A program made the translations under genes and the position numbers. From IMG/VR virus record IMGVR_UViG_3300029288_000138, positions 19,618 to 83,617 of that record: a stretch of DNA of 64,000 nucleotides, one strand, 5' to 3'. The stretch is from a virus. Taxonomy: Duplodnaviria; Caudoviricetes. Under the pieces are notes generated by a model. It was not told the origin of the DNA. It ran no database searches and saw only the letters and a program-made list of their open reading frames with translations. Shown piece after piece: positions 31,347 through 39,466 of the stretch. Numbering within the stretch: the stretch's first letter is position 1; every line of letters begins with the position of its first letter.

Positions 31347-31577
31347 ATGAAAGAATTTTTAAATCATATAGTTGATGTAAAAATAGACAATGAATTAAAT
31401 CGAGGTTTAGTTATAGCAACTCACGAATTTAAAGAAATGCAAGATACAGAATCACCAGATGATATGCCAAGTTTTTTAGATAAAGTTAAAGTTACTGTTT
31501 ATTTTCCGTTATATAAAAGATGTATGAAATTAGATTCAAATCAAATAATTAATGTTAGAGAAGAATTTCAATTATAA
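31347..31577 (+). CDS. hypothetical protein
   Basis: AGGAG RBS. Confidence 0.7.
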   Translation: MKEFLNHIVDVKIDNELNRGLVIATHEFKEMQDTESPDDMPSFLDKVKVTVYFPLYKRCMKLDSNQIINVREEFQL

Positions 31578-31582
31578 AATAT

Positions 31583-31654
31583 TCCCCGATCGTATAATTG
31601 GCAGTACACTAGGCCTTGGACCTGGTTATAGTGGTTCGAATCCATTTCGGGGAG
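31583..31654 (+). tRNA. tRNA-Gln(TTG), atypical loop with C33
   Basis: TCCCCGA/TCGGGGA-G; CTAGG-CCTTGGA-CCTGG. Confidence 0.82.
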
Positions 31655-31665
31655 CATAATATTTA

Positions 31666-31739
31666 GCCTTGATAGTTTAATCTGGCAGAACATCTGGCTT
31701 ACATCCAGAAGATTGAAAGTTCAAATCTTTCTCAAGGTA
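31666..31739 (+). tRNA. tRNA-Val(TAC)
   Basis: GCCTTGA/TCAAGGT; TCTGG-CTTACAT-CCAGA. Confidence 0.9.
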
Positions 31740-31814
31740 CCAATAAAAAATAGTATTTGTTTTATATCTGTTTTTTCATTAAATTATATTGTTATTTAAT
31801 TATAGAGGGTTACA

Positions 31815-31985
31815 ATGAAAGATGAAGAAATAATGGCATTGGTTGAACAAGAAGCAAATGAGTTTCGAGTTCAACATGATATGTGTATTCTTATTCCAGA
31901 CCATTTGTTAATAATGGCTATTCTGACTGGGGTAAAAATGGGAATGGATTTGTTTAACAAAGAAATTAAAAAACTCAATGAATAA
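31815..31985 (+). CDS. small hypothetical protein
   Basis: GAGGG RBS; 56 aa. Confidence 0.55.
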   Translation: MKDEEIMALVEQEANEFRVQHDMCILIPDHLLIMAILTGVKMGMDLFNKEIKKLNE

Positions 31986-32799
31986 ATTAGAATATGAAAC
32001 AAATTTAATCAAAGATCTGAATAAAGAATTATTCTCGGAAATAATTCCTAAACATTCGGAGAAATTACAGTTTGATTTACTCAAGCATAGTGCAATTCTA
32101 TCATATCGAGGTTCTTTAACTAACGGCACTTATATACCAGATTCAATTGATGACATTGATATAATTGGTATAATTATTCCCCCAATTGAATATGTCCTTG
32201 GCAATAAACAATTTGGTAGTAGAGATACTATAGAAATAAAAGATGGGAAATGGGATATTGTTTTATATTCAATCAAAAAATTCTTTAATCTATTAGTAAA
32301 AAATAATCCAAACATTGTTAGTGTATTATGGTTACCTGAAAGATTTGATATTCATATAAATGAAATTGGCATTGAAATTATAAAACACAGAGAAGAATTC
32401 ATTAATAAAAACATATACAATTCTTTTCTGGGCTATGCTAATGATCAATTAAATAGGATGACTAAATTTACTTTTGAAGGATACATGGGCGAAAAAAGAA
32501 AGCAACTAGTTAACAAATATGGATTTGATTGTAAGAATGCATCACACCTAATTCGATTACTAAAAATGGCATTAGAAGTAATTGTAACTAAGAAATTTAT
32601 TGTTTATCGAGAAAACGATGCCGATGAACTAGTAGCAATAAAAAGAGGTGATTGGTCAATTGAAAAAGTAAAAAAATATGCTAATGATTTATTTGCTAGT
32701 ATTGAATTACTTCGGGGAAGTACACAATTACCAGATGAAAATTATGACGCTGCAAATAAGTTACTAATAGAATTATCAAAAAAGTTTTATAGGATATAA
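31978..32799 (+). CDS. DNA polymerase beta-superfamily nucleotidyltransferase
   Basis: YRGSLTNGTY.PDS.DDIDIIGI; KNNPNIV; GFDCKNASHLIRLL. Confidence 0.85.
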   Translation: MNKLEYETNLIKDLNKELFSEIIPKHSEKLQFDLLKHSAILSYRGSLTNGTYIPDSIDDIDIIGIIIPPIEYVLGNKQFGSRDTIEIKDGKWDIVLYSIKKFFNLLVKNNPNIVSVLWLPERFDIHINEIGIEIIKHREEFINKNIYNSFLGYANDQLNRMTKFTFEGYMGEKRKQLVNKYGFDCKNASHLIRLLKMALEVIVTKKFIVYRENDADELVAIKRGDWSIEKVKKYANDLFASIELLRGSTQLPDENYDAANKLLIELSKKFYRI

Positions 32800-32803
32800 A
32801 TTT

Positions 32804-33247
32804 ATGATGAAAATTATATTTAAAATTTGTCAAATACTTATTGGCGTTTTAACTCCACTGGCTTTATTTGTTTTAACATATCAACCACTATTAGAAAAGT
32901 GTAAACCAGGATTTGTATGCCCAAAATATGTTCTTATTTTTTACAGTATTTATATATGGGCTCTAATATTAGTATATATTATGAATTTGATATTAGTTGC
33001 TGCAGAAGATATAACTAGAAATGATCATTTATTTATATCAATTATTGTAACTAAATTAATTGATAATATTACTATAATGATAACATGCATTGGGTTTGTA
33101 GTAGTATTGTGGTTATTAGATAGGAAATATGAATCTATTTTAATGATATCTGGAGTAGTTTCAAATTATCTAATAATAACTACCAGAATTTCTTACAATA
33201 AGAAATTCAAACAAGAAATTGAGAAAAAAATTAGTAAAATAAAGTAA
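32804..33247 (+). CDS. membrane protein
   Basis: Four hydrophobic segments. Confidence 0.65.
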   Translation: MMKIIFKICQILIGVLTPLALFVLTYQPLLEKCKPGFVCPKYVLIFYSIYIWALILVYIMNLILVAAEDITRNDHLFISIIVTKLIDNITIMITCIGFVVVLWLLDRKYESILMISGVVSNYLIITTRISYNKKFKQEIEKKISKIK

Positions 33248-33257
33248 GGAGTTAAAA

Positions 33258-33611
33258 ATGATAGAATTTGAACTTGAATTACTAGATAAATTTTATTGGA
33301 ATATTGATAGATATTACCCATATAGTAGTGTATATCTGGTAGATCGTATTCTCGAATTCGACGGATTAACAAATAATAATGATACAATTAATTTTATACA
33401 TTCTGTTAGAGACAATATCGATCAAAGGTTAATTAATAGCATCGTTAAAAGGTCATCTGACAATAAATCAGTTGTTCGATTTACTAATGAAAAAACTAAA
33501 AACAAACATATATTTATGTGTTTTTATGATAATAGTCTATATATCGGAGCATCTATTAAAAAACGAGATTCTGGTATATTTTATGATTTGATAAATAAAC
33601 TGGTAAAATAG
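33258..33611 (+). CDS. hypothetical protein
   Basis: AGGAG RBS. Confidence 0.7.
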   Translation: MIEFELELLDKFYWNIDRYYPYSSVYLVDRILEFDGLTNNNDTINFIHSVRDNIDQRLINSIVKRSSDNKSVVRFTNEKTKNKHIFMCFYDNSLYIGASIKKRDSGIFYDLINKLVK

Positions 33612-33626
33612 TAACAGGAGTTAGAT

Positions 33627-34130
33627 ATGATAAAATATAGTATATTTGCTGGCAAGTTTAATCCGCCCCATTATGGTCATTGTTTTGCTATTGATAAAGC
33701 ATTAGTAGTTAATCCGGAGAATATAATACTAATTTGCCCTTACATAGATAATAGCATGTCAGAGGAACAATATAATAATGTGTTAACTATGAGTAAATTA
33801 TTTTTTGTTAATCTATATTTAGAAGACTCGTATAAAATAATAAACTATAGATATTCACAATTTGCCGACTTATTAGAATATTTAACAATAACTTTAAAAC
33901 AAGCATCATTCAATATAATCATTGATAATAATACTAAATTATCAGAATGGAAAAAATATAATAGAATAATTGATGAAAATACATTTACAATTATAAAAAG
34001 AGATCTGAATATTAATGGTTCAATGATTAGGTCTTTATGTGAGAATAAAGAATATGATGGTGCAACTAAACATACATCAGAAGAAGTAATAGAATACGTA
34101 AAAACCAACAATCTATATCAAAGGAGTTAG
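33627..34130 (+). CDS. NadD-like HxGH nucleotidyltransferase
   Basis: FAGKFNPPHYGH; LSEWKKY..I; INGSMIR; TSEEVIEYVKTNNLY. Confidence 0.75.
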   Translation: MIKYSIFAGKFNPPHYGHCFAIDKALVVNPENIILICPYIDNSMSEEQYNNVLTMSKLFFVNLYLEDSYKIINYRYSQFADLLEYLTITLKQASFNIIIDNNTKLSEWKKYNRIIDENTFTIIKRDLNINGSMIRSLCENKEYDGATKHTSEEVIEYVKTNNLYQRS

Positions 34131-34132
34131 TT

Positions 34133-34432
34133 ATGGAAAAAATACTAGTAAAGAAAAGAATTTCAATATGGAGTCTGAGGGATCAACAATTGAATTTACA
34201 ACAATTGCAAGACAAAATAAAATCTTTACAATCTAGAGGTTGGTCTGAAATAACATTCAATATAAACTGGGAACGAGAATTTACTTTTTATGGAAAAAGA
34301 TTAGAAAGAGATAAAGAATTCAAAACTAGAATGAATAAACTAAAAATGAAATTAAAAAAATTAGGTGAAAAAATTAAAAAAGATAAAGAAGAATATATCA
34401 AATTATCAATACAAATATCTGACTCTGAATAA
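34133..34432 (+). CDS. hypothetical coiled-coil protein
   Basis: GGAG RBS. Confidence 0.65.
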   Translation: MEKILVKKRISIWSLRDQQLNLQQLQDKIKSLQSRGWSEITFNINWEREFTFYGKRLERDKEFKTRMNKLKMKLKKLGEKIKKDKEEYIKLSIQISDSE

Positions 34433-34600
34433 AAAAAATAAGTTTTTCTCTATTTTTTTACCATTTTTTTATATTTATATATGTAAAACTCAAATCAATT
34501 AGTGAAGTGCTATCTTAAAACAGCATTTGAGTATATAGTCTATATAAATTCATTAGTTGATTGCGGGAAATAAAAATATAACCCAAAAAGGAGAATCATT

Positions 34601-35365
34601 ATGAAAAAGAATGACGTTAGTGTTTCATTGGCAATTAATGGTAATTTGCTAAAAGAAAAAGTTATTAATAGTATTCCAACATTTCATCTATTAGATGACA
34701 CAGAATTTGCATTAGTTATAGACAATATGTCTAGAACCAAATATGCAGTGGATGTAATAATAGATGGAAAAAATCAATCTCATAGATTAATACTAAGAGA
34801 AGGTGAACATGTTAATCTAGAAAGATGGTTTGAGGATAATAGGAAATTCAAATTTGTTACATATGATGCTTTAAAGAATAATCCAGGTATTGCTAATAAT
34901 GGAAACATTACTTTAAAGTTTTATAAAGAACGAGTAGATCAACCTGTAATTACTTATACTCGATGAACTCCACAATATTATACTAATACTGGAACTATAT
35001 ATCCATTGTCTTGGCCATCAACTGGTGATTTCGTTTCATGCGCCACCGCTGGCAACAAAACGCGTTGTGTTGCCAGCAACACAACGGGTGGTTCTATTCA
35101 ATTAGTTAATAATGCACTATCAGCTGATACTATAAAAACAGGCAAAACTGAAATGGGCAATATTTCTAATCAAGAATTCAATACAGATTATTTTTCTACT
35201 TTTGAATATTTCCCTTCATTTGAAATTAACATGAAATTATTACCAGCAGAGGTTGCTCATTACGAATATAAAACAACTAATGATACAAGAGTATACTGCT
35301 CAGAATGCGGTAGAAAAATAAAAAATGGTTGAAAATATTGTGCTGGTTGCGGAAAAAAAGTATAA
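34601..35365 (+). CDS. hypothetical protein with C-terminal double zinc ribbon; TGA 34964 and 35330 read as Trp
   Basis: Two track ORFs in one frame; YCSECGRKIKNG*KYCAGCGKK has Trp at the usual position. Confidence 0.85.
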
Positions 35366-35443
35366 ATTTATCTTGTTTTCTATTCAGTATTATATTAAAT
35401 TATAGAGTTATTTAAAATTAATTAGTTATTTGAAAATAGAAAT

Positions 35444-35510
35444 GGGAGGTGGCGAGAATCGTATGGTTCATGTTTGTTCATTAATCAGGCCTACGACGTT
35501 AGTCACCCCC
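35444..35510 (+). ncRNA. Structured RNA A of ncRNA cluster
   Basis: GGGAGGTGGC/GTCACCCCC closing stem; inner TCGTA/TACGA. Confidence 0.5.
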
Positions 35511-35531
35511 TAGGTTTTTTGAAAATTTTGT

Positions 35532-35640
35532 CTCTCATATCAAATAGTATATGAGGAAACAGCATTGTCAAAAAAGCGAATGAGTACACCCGCAAGGCCT
35601 CTGGAGTCGCCAAGCGTCTTTAAGTCTTGCGGGAAAGATT
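35532..35640 (+). ncRNA. Structured RNA B of ncRNA cluster
   Basis: CTCATAT/ATATGAG and CCCGCAAG/CTTGCGGG stems. Confidence 0.5.
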
Positions 35641-35655
35641 TTTGAAAATTGAATA

Positions 35656-35768
35656 TGCTCGGCGGAATAGATACTTGTATACGGGTTACTATTTCAGAAC
35701 TCACAAGTCTACTGCATAAGTTGAGATAGATTTATCTTAGACAAGTCGATGGGTGGTCGATCCGAGCA
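35656..35768 (+). ncRNA. Structured RNA C of ncRNA cluster
   Basis: TGCTCGG/CCGAGCA closing stem; ACTTGT/ACAAGT. Confidence 0.5.
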
Positions 35769-35773
35769 GAAAA

Positions 35774-35892
35774 GGCTACTGTGGCGGAATAAATAGCATG
35801 CTTGGCAGACGCACGGCAAGATGTGTGGTGGGAAGCCAGATTAACCTTTAACATACATACATCATACGGGTTGAAATCCCGTCAGTAGCCCA
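35774..35892 (+). ncRNA. tRNA-like RNA 2 (same ends as 23822-23927)
   Basis: Starts GGCTACTGTGGCG, ends GTCAGTAGCCCA; T-arm ACGGG-TTGAAAT-CCCGT; enlarged D-loop; central GATGTGTG/CATACATC stem and no canonical anticodon loop. Confidence 0.75.
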
Positions 35893-35917
35893 AAGTTTTT
35901 TAATGAAATTGTTATAT

Positions 35918-35964
35918 AGGTCACAGAGTTTATTTTTTCCCTTCTTTTCTCTGTGACCTTTTTT
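35918..35964 (+). terminator. Intrinsic terminator closing the ncRNA cluster
   Basis: AGGTCACAGAG/CTCTGTGACCT followed by T run. Confidence 0.75.
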
Positions 35965-35996
35965 ATTTTACCAAACTAAAATATTTATATTTGTAT

Positions 35997-36509
35997 ATGA
36001 TAAAATTCAAAAAAATAGTACTAGAACTATCGTTAAAAGATAGAGCAGAAGATATAGCTCAAATAGTTCATAGTGGTCAAAATAGACGTTCGTCTGGTGC
36101 ACCATACATAATTCATCCTGTTAGAGTTCAATTACTAGCAAAACGATTTGGATTGGGAAACGATGAACAATTGATTGCAATATTACATGATACATATGAA
36201 GATAGTAATAACAAATCTTTGGTAATTGCAAATATTAACAATAAATTTGGTAATGAAATTGCTAAAAATGTTATTGCATTGTCACACGAACGAGGTACAG
36301 ATTATACTAATTATGTATATGAATTATCCAAAAAATACCCAAAAGCATTCAATGTTAAACTATTGGATATGTACGATAATTTAATTGATAATCCGTCAAG
36401 TTCGCAAAAAATAAAATATTCTGAAACATTACTATTTTTAATAAATCATGGAGTAAGAATAAATAATGGTATAAAAAACGATTTAATGAAAATCATAGGG
36501 AGAAAATAA
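35997..36509 (+). CDS. HD-domain RelA/SpoT-like (p)ppGpp hydrolase (small alarmone hydrolase)
   Basis: HSGQNRR..GAPYIIHPVRV; AILHDTYED; VKLLDMYDNL. Confidence 0.88.
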   Translation: MIKFKKIVLELSLKDRAEDIAQIVHSGQNRRSSGAPYIIHPVRVQLLAKRFGLGNDEQLIAILHDTYEDSNNKSLVIANINNKFGNEIAKNVIALSHERGTDYTNYVYELSKKYPKAFNVKLLDMYDNLIDNPSSSQKIKYSETLLFLINHGVRINNGIKNDLMKIIGRK

Positions 36510-36510
36510 A

Positions 36511-36750
36511 ATGGTAAAATTAAAAGATTTAACAGAAGAACAAAAAATTAGAAAAGTTATAAGAAATATGATAAAAGAAGTAATTGATTTTGATCCTACT
36601 GGCTCTTGAAAAAAATTAGATGATTCTGGTGAAGAAATTAAAAGTATAAATAAACCAGAAGAACTAGCGGAATTGCAAGCAGATGAAGATGCTAAGAATA
36701 AAGTATCAAAAGTAAAAGTAGAAAAGTCTGAAACAGAAAAGAAAGTATAA
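36511..36750 (+). CDS. small protein, MVKLKDLTEE leader; TGA 36607 read as Trp
   Basis: IDFDPTGS*KKLDD; absent from the track. Confidence 0.75.
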
Positions 36751-37328
36751 TGCGAAAAATAGTTATATATCCTGGTAGATTTCAACCGCCTCATATCGGA
36801 CACTTAAAAACTTATAATCTACTATGTAAACATTTTGGGAAAGATAATGTTTATATCTGTACTGCGAACAAGATTAAATATCCAGAAAGCATATTTGATT
36901 TTGAAACTAGAAAATACTTACTAACTAGAATTCTAAAAATATCTCAATCAAACATAATACAAGTAAGTAGTCCATATACACCAGAGCAATTTTTTAAAGG
37001 TTCGGGTATAACACCAGATGAAGTAATACTATTTGCTGCTTTAGGTAATAAGGATAAAGATAGAATCAAATTGAATGTTACATTAAAAAATGGAAATCTA
37101 GGTTATTATATTAGTCCACCGAAAGGCAAAGAAGTCTATTACAATGCGAATAAGCACGGTTATATTCTATTCTATAAAGATATTATGAGTGCTGTTAATC
37201 TAAGAAAAGCATTATTAGATATGAATATTGGTAATGATGTAAAAGTTAAATTATGGAATGAAATGACTGGTTTAGATGAAAAAGAATTAAATTTTGTTAT
37301 GCAAAAAGTTAATGAAACTTTAAAATAA
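36750..37328 (+). CDS. HIGH-motif cytidylyltransferase-like protein
   Basis: IYPGRFQPPHIGHLKTY. Confidence 0.8.
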   Translation: MRKIVIYPGRFQPPHIGHLKTYNLLCKHFGKDNVYICTANKIKYPESIFDFETRKYLLTRILKISQSNIIQVSSPYTPEQFFKGSGITPDEVILFAALGNKDKDRIKLNVTLKNGNLGYYISPPKGKEVYYNANKHGYILFYKDIMSAVNLRKALLDMNIGNDVKVKLWNEMTGLDEKELNFVMQKVNETLK

Positions 37329-37396
37329 TTCTTGTTTTCTATTCATTTTTATATTAAATTATAGAGTTATTTAAAAGTAAAGATAGGTTTTATAAT

Positions 37397-37597
37397 ATGC
37401 CCAATACTATAGAAACTTATACTAACATGATAATTGATTTGATTCCTTTTGCAGAAACAAAAGAATCTAGGGATTCATTAAATCAATTAATTGAAATATT
37501 TAAAAATAAATTTAAAAAAGAACCGAATTTAATTAAATATACCTTTGAAATATCTAAAGCAATATATAAATTTAAATCTAATTTTTATGAATTTTAA
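37397..37597 (+). CDS. hypothetical protein
   Basis: Follows early promoter at 37332. Confidence 0.6.
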   Translation: MPNTIETYTNMIIDLIPFAETKESRDSLNQLIEIFKNKFKKEPNLIKYTFEISKAIYKFKSNFYEF

Positions 37598-37620
37598 AAC
37601 AAAATAAAGGCTAAAACAAA

Positions 37621-38709
37621 ATGGGCGGAGCATACGGTCATATAAATCATCCTTACGAAAATTTAGATTTAACTTTCGGTGATCTAAAAAAGATCATACA
37701 GAAAGCATTATGCGCAAAGTTAAAAAATGCTAAAGAAAAAATGGATGGCATAAATTGTTTTGTTAGTTTTATAGATAATAAAATTGTGTATTCTAGAAAC
37801 AAAGGCAATCTAATAAACAATGGCATTTCTAGTACAGAATTAATTGAACTGTTTGATAAAAATAAAATAGAAAAATTAACCAGAAGTATTAAATTATTTA
37901 CAGATGAAATAGAGTTAATATTTAAGAATACACCTAAGATTTGTAATATCTTTTGCAATGGTAAATATTGGTTAAACGTTGAAATTTTAAATACTAATAA
38001 TATTAATGTAATAGACTATGAAAACAATTATATAGTAATTCATGATATATTAAAAGTAGAAAACGGGAAATTAATATGTACTAATAATAATAAAAAGCGT
38101 CAATGTATGAAATCTATCAAATCATATCAACCTATATATGAATATTATAAACCAATTGATATTGATAGAAAAATAAAATTGAATAAAATTACTGATAATA
38201 GTTTTTTATTGAGATTAAATAATGAAATGCAGAATTACGATTTAACTAACAAGAATACAATAAAAGACTATTGGGATAGAAAAGTAGACTGGTATGTAAA
38301 TAGATATAAAGTAACACCAGATACTATATTTTTGGATATGAGTAAATCGGAAATAAAAAAGTTTATTCTATATCCTCTATACAAATTGTTTATTGACTTG
38401 GGCGATATAGTAATTAGTAATGCAACTAATTATTTGTCAACTGATAGTAAGCACGACTTTACTGGTAGGATTGTTAATAAAATAGATAAACTTAACCCAG
38501 AAATCAATCCAGATCTATTATCTGAAAAATTAAAAGAAAAATTTAATACATATAAACATGAATTAATTAGTAGTAATATATTTAATAATAATCCCAATTT
38601 TAATCCAATAGAAGGGATTGTATTTGAATATAAAAATAAAAAGTATAAATTAACTGGTTTATTTTCAATAATAAATCAAATTTTAGGAATTAATCGATAT
38701 GCCAGATAA
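37621..38709 (+). CDS. conserved huge-phage protein (ATP-grasp/ligase-like motifs)
   Basis: MGGAYGHINHPYE; EKMDGIN; IEGIVFEY....YKLTGLFS.INQILG. Confidence 0.75.
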   Translation: MGGAYGHINHPYENLDLTFGDLKKIIQKALCAKLKNAKEKMDGINCFVSFIDNKIVYSRNKGNLINNGISSTELIELFDKNKIEKLTRSIKLFTDEIELIFKNTPKICNIFCNGKYWLNVEILNTNNINVIDYENNYIVIHDILKVENGKLICTNNNKKRQCMKSIKSYQPIYEYYKPIDIDRKIKLNKITDNSFLLRLNNEMQNYDLTNKNTIKDYWDRKVDWYVNRYKVTPDTIFLDMSKSEIKKFILYPLYKLFIDLGDIVISNATNYLSTDSKHDFTGRIVNKIDKLNPEINPDLLSEKLKEKFNTYKHELISSNIFNNNPNFNPIEGIVFEYKNKKYKLTGLFSIINQILGINRYAR

Positions 38710-39019
38710 AATAAAATTACGAAATATTATCAAAGAAGAATATGGTTCTATCTATCAATTAGATAACCCATATGATCCAGAGGTATTAATTCGAGGCTTT
38801 GGTCGGATGAGATGGAGTCAATTAAAAAAGCATATAGAAAATAAAATTGAGGATGAAATTATAACTATGGCCAAAAGAGGTGATTATTCGGCGCTATCAT
38901 CATACTTGTTTGCTCCTCATAACTCATTCAAATTATTCGTAGATGCAGCTAATGATATAAATAAAGAATTAAATAGCCCTACTATAAAACGGAAAATCAC
39001 CCTATTGAAAGGAAAATAG
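38699..39019 (+). CDS. hypothetical protein, KIKLRNIIKEE leader
   Basis: Intact ORF overlapping the upstream stop. Confidence 0.7.
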   Translation: MPDKIKLRNIIKEEYGSIYQLDNPYDPEVLIRGFGRMRWSQLKKHIENKIEDEIITMAKRGDYSALSSYLFAPHNSFKLFVDAANDINKELNSPTIKRKITLLKGK

Positions 39020-39021
39020 TA

Positions 39022-39231
39022 ATGGCAATAAAATTAAAAAAACTATTAGAAGAAGATATTAATATTCCAGTAAATATTGGTGATACAATACTAGTTGGTA
39101 AATTTAGAAATAAACCAATTGTTATTAAAACCATTGAATATGATGAACAAGGGTTACCAATAATCAATGGCAGAAAGGGCGTTTCATTTAAAATAAAAGA
39201 AAGAAAATTACCAATTAACATTTTTCAATAA
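39022..39231 (+). CDS. small conserved protein
   Basis: MAIKLKKLLEE leader; IGDTILVGKFRNKPIVIK.I..DEQG.P.ING. Confidence 0.75.
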   Translation: MAIKLKKLLEEDINIPVNIGDTILVGKFRNKPIVIKTIEYDEQGLPIINGRKGVSFKIKERKLPINIFQ

Positions 39232-39305
39232 AATTTTCTATTTTTCTCTTGTTTTTTAGATATTGATTCATTAAATTATATTGTTATTTAAATATAGAAA
39301 TAGAT

Positions 39306-39444
39306 TTGATGGACAAAAAGAGTTCCTATAATACAACTTGCTAAGTAAATTTACTCTTCGTCCATCAATATTTATAATCTAATTAGGCAAAAGAAGTTCC
39401 TATATTTTTTTACTGCAATAAAAGACACTACTTCTCGCCTAATT
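39306..39444 (+). promoter_or_regulatory. Tandem pair of homologous hairpins in the 5' leader
   Basis: TTGATGGAC-AAAAAGAGTTCCTATA...TACTCTTC-GTCCATCAA (39306-39368) and AATTAGGC-AAAAGAAGTTCCTATA...TACTTCTC-GCCTAATT (39381-39444). Confidence 0.7.
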
Positions 39445-39466
39445 TAATTTTTATGGGGGAAACAAA

